From a virus (taxonomy: Duplodnaviria > Caudoviricetes), in the IMG/VR virus record IMGVR_UViG_3300020577_007420, positions 12,380-76,379 of that record: a DNA stretch of 64,000 nucleotides. One strand, 5' to 3'. Position numbers and translations under genes: made by a program. Below the pieces are notes generated by a model. The model ran no database searches. It was not told where the DNA came from and saw nothing but the letters and a program-made list of their open reading frames with translations. Below, piece after piece: positions 59,601-64,000 of the stretch (the first letter of the stretch is position 1; every line of letters starts with the position of its first letter).

Positions 59601-60177
59601 AAACTTCTTTTCTAACTACTTCAGTAACTCTTGTCAATCTTACCTCACCTGCTGCAGTAGATATAACATCATAAGTAAGCTCTCTGTTTACTCCTTTCAT
59701 TGGAGTTATTGGGGCATATTTTGCATTAGATGTTATCTTTGGGAATGCCTTCTCGATATTATCTAAGTGCTTTTGCACACTCTCCATTGTTACAGAAGAG
59801 GGTACATATGGAACAGGAACGGTTCTTCCGATTGCTTCTCTGAAACCTTCCTCTGTGCTAAGTTTTACAATCTCCTTTTCAGGAAACTCAATTAGGGAAA
59901 CAGGAAGTCCATCTTTCTCCAACTTCTCTACATCTTCGGAGAAAACCTCCTTTCTTATATCTTGAAGAAATGGAACAATGTGCTTAGTATAGGCATATGC
60001 ATAGTCATAGGCAAACTCTTTGGTACTACTTTGAGTTAACATCTTGTCAACCAATACGTTATATACCTGCTTGGTCACTTTCTCTGCACTCCACTCTTTA
60101 GGAGATTGCTTTATTACTTGAGAAGTAATACCTCGTATAATTTGCTTTTGACCATCTGATATTGTACAAGTTTTCAT
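50656..60177 (-). CDS. putative virion-packaged single-chain (double-psi barrel) RNA polymerase polyprotein, 3173 aa
   Basis: GIRLPFQ followed by SGADNDIDK (DxDxD, 53638-53661); also HEGWH (58618-32) and GELDLL...IDIK motifs; size and position typical of crAss-like vRNAP. Confidence 0.75.
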   Translation of the reverse strand: MKTCTISDGQKQIIRGITSQVIKQSPKEWSAEKVTKQVYNVLVDKMLTQSSTKEFAYDYAYAYTKHIVPFLQDIRKEVFSEDVEKLEKDGLPVSLIEFPEKEIVKLSTEEGFREAIGRTVPVPYVPSSVTMESVQKHLDNIEKAFPKITSNAKYAPITPMKGVNRELTYDVISTAAGEVRLTRVTEVVRKEVSTATSDTANIIAGNIVDRLVRNFFRNPKDYEEFKKDMFIDDKIRELFKTFSNNPKELIPVDEDVKKRVVEDEEMSQLTDLQLNYLNEIIDNTIILINKIRNEFPDSYITDLSKDEKTVRLYSQSMGIVGELDLLAIKPDGTYTVIDIKLTNKYTSIKGESFALQTSYYDNALSNVPGLKSSGKTAAFVVNYFITETHKDATGLKQAYRLSLSLFSKKEFNTISEDKLKERRNSFEEIFKKHYEKIQPSTIRAATRRKLFMSFSDKEPIASEEDLDSYVEWVEERFPELKGRVNIIRSINSSNGAEMLMDAINFYSKVNKGAHFHEGWHRFSQFYLTKQEKTALYKAVQDAEIPFTSRDGRKMNTKDASFFHIEEFLAEEFRKFAKNPSAYNLLSGVKYSRPENKKVKNIFQKMWDFLKRLFGFYETRGEQFVIELFQNLYNNSFSRNNYSSDNVFFNKLASLFKGQEMSNEMFIELRNLSDTRISQFLSENGYIAQELANEKGIKETIRPEIYKSLELYRDILSDELSVTEDKKGKSGLQIAIDAIDSVIKDGQESKIFGDFVYYYMKYSQFKTFNVLSKDYSEEIRELLLEEVEIDKLIAENTEGDISEEFDEANSKDGDFNNPGNKYAIHALASDEILDFFVGIRRVLPTVSITQRDTAMLAHKNYTSEEDIRDARNAIFDFTKSGFPETLSPREAFYKTLELVNGAISIDDIIKRLENPENFAKFPEAFQIIDRLIGTSESSPYVKRGLIPRMREMKEKLDINSKIVDKVKYEQLLKFLFHFESLFQSTFVDSDNFIINKTVESTFTESGNEVKATAPAVYTIDNEEAIIYSIIDEFSRGFQTNSAKDTRKKVSIYDLLSDIFIQKRENFSEESIKKALGSDVLLYDYVYQTYYFNPFSLEWLKTRTSLVGDEILNLFKTLGVNLNENIVLHSKNIDIINRRVLPIIKNVMEASQKLLIDRAVTLYNDNYNDRSVPNIKALLAERKAIIQKINEKSVDTPRLSVQLVDIEEQLKPYVSRLFYDNPVNKILLDGKDPAILSVKRYRPMASAFRVFKELAKIQKSYHKNFSSGSLIVGEDRSWGYFRPSLYSHVSNLLNNHVVSFSDFAKYPSLSHLDPIKNPAILNSYIFSNIFNPFSGEKSDTRGLGLSTIGVVHIIDELDTGAKVIENFNLVEQDVDKKLLVDILMSLSEGWTETRRVEISTSSWRVGLVDKTSGQRRFIKPVDNLESFSDVQFTNRVWAYIQHAAWGYKYYQDNPDEAGQFKQSETLRNNLGVFDKMIPNSVKELKEFIKSFKGDLNTLSYQLKVDNPTLYYKIESEINDYFEGVAFSNEDAYSKEIYKILSNNSLKALDTISNINSEANRRLMGITTREGNEIRLTKKAVIDIIANDFIQVMEDSILFFGEYHYYADPLKRRKIVANNGSIALFGETVSEFYTHLMNVSSHQAIWNQINKDAKNKGKDRYDLIRKIVIQDKEAQSSLLTGNQLVKNLQQVFKDIYGLELTEEQIKEDPMYTSSLKGLEKMKLADAAGWINPDTARLMRMKDSLWSEEASYEFQRQMILFKYFFFNRPQLSDEEKTIMSRTHSKFSALKDATTGPVYHEEGAPYQPVFDKMGLRMLLAEFDADSEMRDLFLKMISQGIDYAVMDTGSKVYVKEKLKLVDENGFISVPKTGAQLSYSEHAGAFHKLQLNTTTPKSSVKYAVQLRALMSEIIQIVEELAPSSDNKFQKLAGLKKTYSKYIGNLVELIGINSSSAMSRMGLSSDGRILDKALFADYIRERLLENNIEIEDELVKLDTNLDGTFINYLEALPFQKEIADLLVGIIDDNFREIEISGSGLVQTSEVGTGGIKYSYKLKPISLKYDKNGKVTGINPWEAKISFRKEFYSLLDLEHPDGKKIRDIGITKENFHLRQIFELRRLNEALRDEEWRKKNEEALTFMGIRLPFQALNFGGPMTIVEFLPESMGDVIVLPPEFYVFSGADNDIDKIITQFPQLKNGKLIKKDEKGYFDLIKELEEVTQKIEEESTQSDENIQSTDVELSKIKDAFKEKRVYTNRGWTEDELDEDLTLLLQDGVYEIAGLSKGKSKLATLVKKSIEPELIEQLYEYLDRKNSKSKPTSDLKSKQLDLRKRVRLYKKGVLNDILSTGIDYWTRPEMFLYLVTSDSTAKLEKFGSSIQSLVQGKDVKVSDSRPPLDPSDNLKLVKNYDDHGLMRLRALFLGKAVKSRSVLPNLAYLGYPFPAKYQLGSFKDMAAHSGMFTVKKGNVYEVVTSTPLLYKNPEAEGFRVTLYDENGGYISKIFQEIASAAIDSINKPEVLPSLRVAPMSLDAWIFLLFQGVPNDRILTFLNTPVVQEIHNLYASFGQSAMPKHAIIQVAKDIQFFGDYTKKLLPEDVDIYDQDNNFNFMLKSPAAYFGKYLGRDEKLDETQMTEFTRDYVEYKGKKKDATLVSFLQENPKYADLAKAIVAYYGIINQTGTAFYSSMITRLDRASSKMGTRADLQRVVLGDAIRLGSNFSTPEFEEKLKNESIYSMFYKDKQLAAILDNRTPELFRGNIPLMKRYDEIVKDVLLDTRGSQVEKKRIEEKILVDFMDNIVKNFYVTRIGNSVDTIYNLFKFDITPLWRLADSNQQRAKESLRDVLEGKDFKDLPEHIKISKMMSSDLFSEQIDIFKAKYPELRDLKIFSLLSTEISHPIIFSKKRDTLAEKLNALPQYFLKFNINSDPVTRSIEERTIREDFEKLIDFDISLYPEINDFLSEDRMDVYKNGDNIAEIREFIRVLSLRLVAQSSILHRGGSSFSHLIPFNLKKHIIETSIDNFHRYLEYGTVSVPLDAKAKAILLDQFMDGFKKAFRAMNPDIEWYTKQTVWERKSEEKRQEAMERMAEEGEEITEDYSPYNDIDQYIENPMGEDFDPLSSFKAKNPRQKEVPDNYYKYYTGAIYGEKGYGSSPVIEQFRSNLAKIMGGIRGVNSFRITKNDNLKC

Positions 60178-60179
60178 AA

Positions 60180-63100
60180 TTATTCACAGATATCTTTAAA
60201 GAATGAATCCCAATCTACGTTAATTTTATATTCATTAATAGTCTCCTCCTCTTCAGTTGGAGCAGGGGTAGACACAGCCTTATCTGGAGATTCATCCACG
60301 ACATCTACAGTAGCTGCAGCTTTTACCTCTTTCTGCATTTCTGCATTTTTTATCATTTCATCTATTCCCATATCAAGCTTAATTCCTAATCTTTTGTTAA
60401 TAGTATTATAACCCATTTTACCATCTACCTCAATTGGTAGTGTCGAAGATACGACATTTTTGTTTATAAACCTAGAATAATTATCCTCACCTGTTCCAAA
60501 GATGTCATCTACCCTTAATACTTCGTTAGAACTTGTATAATTTACAATATTTATATTAAGAGGGCTGTCATATACATCGGATGGCTTGGTTATAGACATC
60601 AACTGTTCATATGAGATAGGTTTCCCATTCTTTAGTAATTTCTTTAGATTTGCCAGATTAATTACCATGATATGGGTACCTGTATTCAGAACTAAGAATT
60701 TATCAGGACGAAGGAGTCTCTGCAGTCTATCATAGTGGTCAAGACTATATAGGAGATTTCCAGTAACTGCTGCCTCTATTAAATCCTTGCCATCTTGTGT
60801 TTTCAGAACATCCAAAAGCTTTGTACCATTTGCTGTTACCACATCTTTTATTGCAACTGGTCTGAATTCAACGGTCATATATCCCTTACTTGGGTTAGAG
60901 ATATCTTGTAACATATTGAAATTCAATCTGTAAGGTTGGATATGTCTACCCTGACTAGAACCAGTTTGAGTAATGATACCCTTTTGTTCTAGTATATGTC
61001 CTTCAGAGAATAGTTGCTCTGCTGTCTTAAACTGTGTAGGTTTTGGTAAACTCTTGGCATCCAACGAGTTAGTTACTCCTTCTCTGAACAACATACCCTG
61101 AGTAATAAACTCAATAGATGCAAGTACTTTGGTTGTTCTTATTAGTGATTTCAGTATCTCTATTGGATTAACTGTCAGAAATGAAGGGTGAATTGTTTCC
61201 TTAGCTAACATTACCATCTGTCCGGGAGCAACCTTTCCCTTTTTATAGACTACTTCTTCTCTTCTCTTTAGGATATTCTCAGCAGAGTACAAGTCCCAAT
61301 CTACTCCCATAAGTAGTGGTTGTCCACCCTTTTCCAGTGGCATTCCTTCGTTATCAAATCCAATTAGTTCACCATTATTATCAGCAACCCAAGCCATAAT
61401 CTCACCGCTTTTTAGCGTTAAGATTAATTTAAAATCAGCCGTATTCAGTTTTCTATTTGCTATATTGTTTAGAAACTTAAATCTGATATTGTTATAGTGC
61501 TTATCTTTTACCTTTCCATCCTCCAAATCCTTAGGGTTTGAAGTTATCAGATTGAGTGTGCCATCTAACTTTCCTTGGTTAGAAAAGTCACTAATCATAT
61601 TTGTTTCTATGACATAGCCCTCACTTCTAGCTAATTCCTCAAATGTTATATCCAAAGCAAGTGCTCTCTCATGCATTCTGTATACTTCCTCTAGTTCCAT
61701 CTGAAGCTTTGATGGTAAATCACCACCTTCCTGAGGATTAGTAGAAACTGGTGGTGCCGGAGGAGCCGGAGGAGGTGTTGGTACAACTGGAGCAGGAGGC
61801 TCAGTAGATGCCATAGGTGCTATAGGAGCAGGTGGAGCTGGGGGAGGTGGAGTAGCTCTCTTTTCCTTCTCTGTCATTTTATCCAACTTGCTCTGAATTT
61901 CAAATACCTGTTTATTTATCTTGGCTAATCTGCCAGTAATTTCAGCTATTCTGTTCTTTATAGCCTCTATATCCTCTGGAGTAATAGGCTCATTATTGTC
62001 TCTTTTCTTCCTAATCATAGCAAGAAGTAGAGACATTATAGTGATATTTGGCACACTTCCTTTAGAAGGACCACTTTCTGGCATAGGAATTAAAAGGTTT
62101 CCACCAGTCCACCCAGTATTATTATAACCAGAATACTGGGATGGATATATTTTTCCATCTTTTGCTTTTGGCTTTGCACTAAATGAACCAACATCATGAT
62201 AACCAAGTATGAGTTCTTCCGAACTTACTCCGTATTCACGTTGTATTCTGTTTATCTCATTTCTTATCATATTGAGAGACCCAGCAAAATCAATAACGAT
62301 TTCATTATTGTTTTTGGTGAATATGAATACAACACTTCCTCCACTGAATCTAGAATATCCGTCTCTGTCCTTAAATATCAGATAGGTACCAGTTCCGTCC
62401 TTTTTCTTTATCTCTTTTATCTTATAGGTAAATCCTACAGATTTTCCTTCTGTATTCCAGTCTATATCTGATACCTTAAATTGACGAAGAGGGGTAATCA
62501 CTATGTCATCTTTCTCAATATTTATAGGTCTCTTATATTTTAAGAGAACTCTGCCATTTGGTAGTCTTCTAAATGCTGGTATATATTCATTTTTACGCTT
62601 AGCCTGTTCGACAAAGTTCAGGCTATATTCGTGAGCATATGGAGTAGACTCATATAGGGAGGCATCTAATAAGAAGTGCCCCACACCTATAACATTAGGA
62701 ATTGATTCTACATTCTTACCCTGTGTTAGATTTGGGCCGGGAACATATTCAAATCCATCTATATTATTCCACGTACTTCTATACATCAGTAAGCTATCCT
62801 TTGGACTATAAGAGTCTGCTACAGAACCAATTATCTCTAAGGTAGGAGTAACTTTATTATTTTGTAGAACTTGAGGGTTAGCTGTGTCAAGACTATCTGT
62901 AATCTTTACAATATTATCTTTGCTTTCGTATATTCCGTTTTTCTCCAGATATCTCTTAGCCCACTGTTCTTGTTGTTCAGGTAATACAGATACAGTTCTC
63001 TCGATGAGAACATCTTTACTCCAGCTTATAGAGCCTTTATTTATAGTAGTTCCACCAATACCTGTCCACAGAGTACCTGTTGCAAATAAAGCAAGAATTA

Positions 63101-63998
63101 TCTTCTTAATCTTGTCTATAATTCTTCTGAATACTGACTTTCCTTTTGTGTTCCTTGTCTTTCCTTCTGCTAACTCTTCAGTTACGGCCTCAGCTACTAC
63201 TGAGATAACTTGTGCTTCTGCAATACTCAGTTCGTTTGCAATCTCCTTTTTCTCCTGCTCGGTTACTTCTTTTTCAGCTTCCTCCTTAGCTTTTTGCTCA
63301 AGTTGTCTCTTCTTTTCTATATCCTCTAATTCCTTTTGAAGACTTTTCTTTTCCTCAGAAAGCTCTTCCTTCTCCTTAAGAAGATTATCTCTCTTCTCTA
63401 CAAGAGCTTCTTTTGTCTCTTCTACTGCAGTAGGAGCAGGTGTTGGTATAGACGCATCATATAGAACATTGCCATCTTTATCAGTAACTCTTTGTACATC
63501 TTCTAACTTTAAATGACGACCCAATCTTATACCAGTATCATCATTTTGTTGACCAGATTCTGTACTTGACTTGTCTATTGCTTCTGGTTTAAATTCAACT
63601 AATACTCCGTCTTCATTTGCCTTTAAATATTCTTCAGCATATTCTTTTTTATCTGAGACCCATGTAGTTTTATTAGGATTATCACCAAATCCTGTTTCAC
63701 TTTCAAAATATCCACCATTCTTTACCGATTCCCATTCTTCTCTAGATGTACCACGATATGTAGGACGTAGTGGTTCTAGTCCATATTCTTCTCTCTTCTT
63801 ATTATCAGCTAAATCTTGTTCTCCTGTTGTTGCTGCTGGAGGAACTTCGGTTTGTTCTGCTGATTGACCTTGTTGGTTTTGTGTTTGTTGTTTAGAAGCT
63901 GTGTGGTTATTTAAAGCATCTAATTCTGCATCATATTTAGCATTGATTTTAACCCCTAATTCACTCTCTGTTGTTACACCTTGCTTTTTAAGTGTGTT
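60180..63998 (-). CDS. giant virion/ejection protein, 5'-truncated by window edge (>1270 aa)
   Basis: Frame is open from 63998 (NTLKKQGV...INAKYDAELDAL...) through the track ORF; contains a Pro-rich linker and a TM-like segment. Confidence 0.7.
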   Translation of the reverse strand, partial: NTLKKQGVTTESELGVKINAKYDAELDALNNHTASKQQTQNQQGQSAEQTEVPPAATTGEQDLADNKKREEYGLEPLRPTYRGTSREEWESVKNGGYFESETGFGDNPNKTTWVSDKKEYAEEYLKANEDGVLVEFKPEAIDKSSTESGQQNDDTGIRLGRHLKLEDVQRVTDKDGNVLYDASIPTPAPTAVEETKEALVEKRDNLLKEKEELSEEKKSLQKELEDIEKKRQLEQKAKEEAEKEVTEQEKKEIANELSIAEAQVISVVAEAVTEELAEGKTRNTKGKSVFRRIIDKIKKIILALFATGTLWTGIGGTTINKGSISWSKDVLIERTVSVLPEQQEQWAKRYLEKNGIYESKDNIVKITDSLDTANPQVLQNNKVTPTLEIIGSVADSYSPKDSLLMYRSTWNNIDGFEYVPGPNLTQGKNVESIPNVIGVGHFLLDASLYESTPYAHEYSLNFVEQAKRKNEYIPAFRRLPNGRVLLKYKRPINIEKDDIVITPLRQFKVSDIDWNTEGKSVGFTYKIKEIKKKDGTGTYLIFKDRDGYSRFSGGSVVFIFTKNNNEIVIDFAGSLNMIRNEINRIQREYGVSSEELILGYHDVGSFSAKPKAKDGKIYPSQYSGYNNTGWTGGNLLIPMPESGPSKGSVPNITIMSLLLAMIRKKRDNNEPITPEDIEAIKNRIAEITGRLAKINKQVFEIQSKLDKMTEKEKRATPPPPAPPAPIAPMASTEPPAPVVPTPPPAPPAPPVSTNPQEGGDLPSKLQMELEEVYRMHERALALDITFEELARSEGYVIETNMISDFSNQGKLDGTLNLITSNPKDLEDGKVKDKHYNNIRFKFLNNIANRKLNTADFKLILTLKSGEIMAWVADNNGELIGFDNEGMPLEKGGQPLLMGVDWDLYSAENILKRREEVVYKKGKVAPGQMVMLAKETIHPSFLTVNPIEILKSLIRTTKVLASIEFITQGMLFREGVTNSLDAKSLPKPTQFKTAEQLFSEGHILEQKGIITQTGSSQGRHIQPYRLNFNMLQDISNPSKGYMTVEFRPVAIKDVVTANGTKLLDVLKTQDGKDLIEAAVTGNLLYSLDHYDRLQRLLRPDKFLVLNTGTHIMVINLANLKKLLKNGKPISYEQLMSITKPSDVYDSPLNINIVNYTSSNEVLRVDDIFGTGEDNYSRFINKNVVSSTLPIEVDGKMGYNTINKRLGIKLDMGIDEMIKNAEMQKEVKAAATVDVVDESPDKAVSTPAPTEEEETINEYKINVDWDSFFKDICE

Positions 63999-64000
63999 TA

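Noticed and set aside
44637-63867. Numerous short + strand ORFs opposite the giant genes
   Set aside because: Ser/Leu/Phe-rich antisense shadows of A-rich coding strands, with no motifs or promoters.
1-64000. Alternative genetic code (TAG/TGA recoding seen in some crAss-like phages)
   Set aside because: Genes up to 9.5 kb are open in code 11, and TAA, TAG and TGA all occur as tightly coupled gene ends.
1-64000. tRNA, rRNA or CRISPR array
   Set aside because: No cloverleaf or T-arm context and no regularly spaced repeat-spacer units were seen by eye; a tRNAscan run would be needed to be certain.

Overview
64 kb of an AT-rich, crAss-like (Crassvirales-type) tailed phage genome, most likely infecting a Bacteroidota host. 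Host inference rests on repeated TTTG-N19/20-TAnnTTTG promoters and A-rich translation starts with few Shine-Dalgarno sites. The standard genetic code fits. The + strand (1-30500) is a replication and nucleotide-metabolism arm: SSB-like protein, primase, UDG, rIIA and rIIB each split by a group I intron, DNA ligase, a WGR-regulatory-catalytic PARP, exonuclease, dNMP kinase, intein-containing class II RNR, a CDGSH Fe-S protein, RecA, MazG and many homing endonucleases. It meets the - strand arm (64000-30500) at a bidirectional terminator. The - strand arm encodes giant virion/ejection proteins, including a 3173-aa putative virion RNA polymerase, a proline-free Gly-Thr-Ser collagen-like fibre and a lysis cassette. 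It also carries the best candidate for an undescribed system: four glycosyltransferases (GT4-like, FkbM methyltransferase fused to an Aah/TibC-type protein O-heptosyltransferase, GT2, and a peptide-O-glycosyltransferase-like GT-A) interleaved with Thr-run mucin-like and Ser/Thr-collagen structural proteins. This looks like a phage-encoded protein O-glycosylation island. All family assignments come from motif reading by eye; no database search was run.
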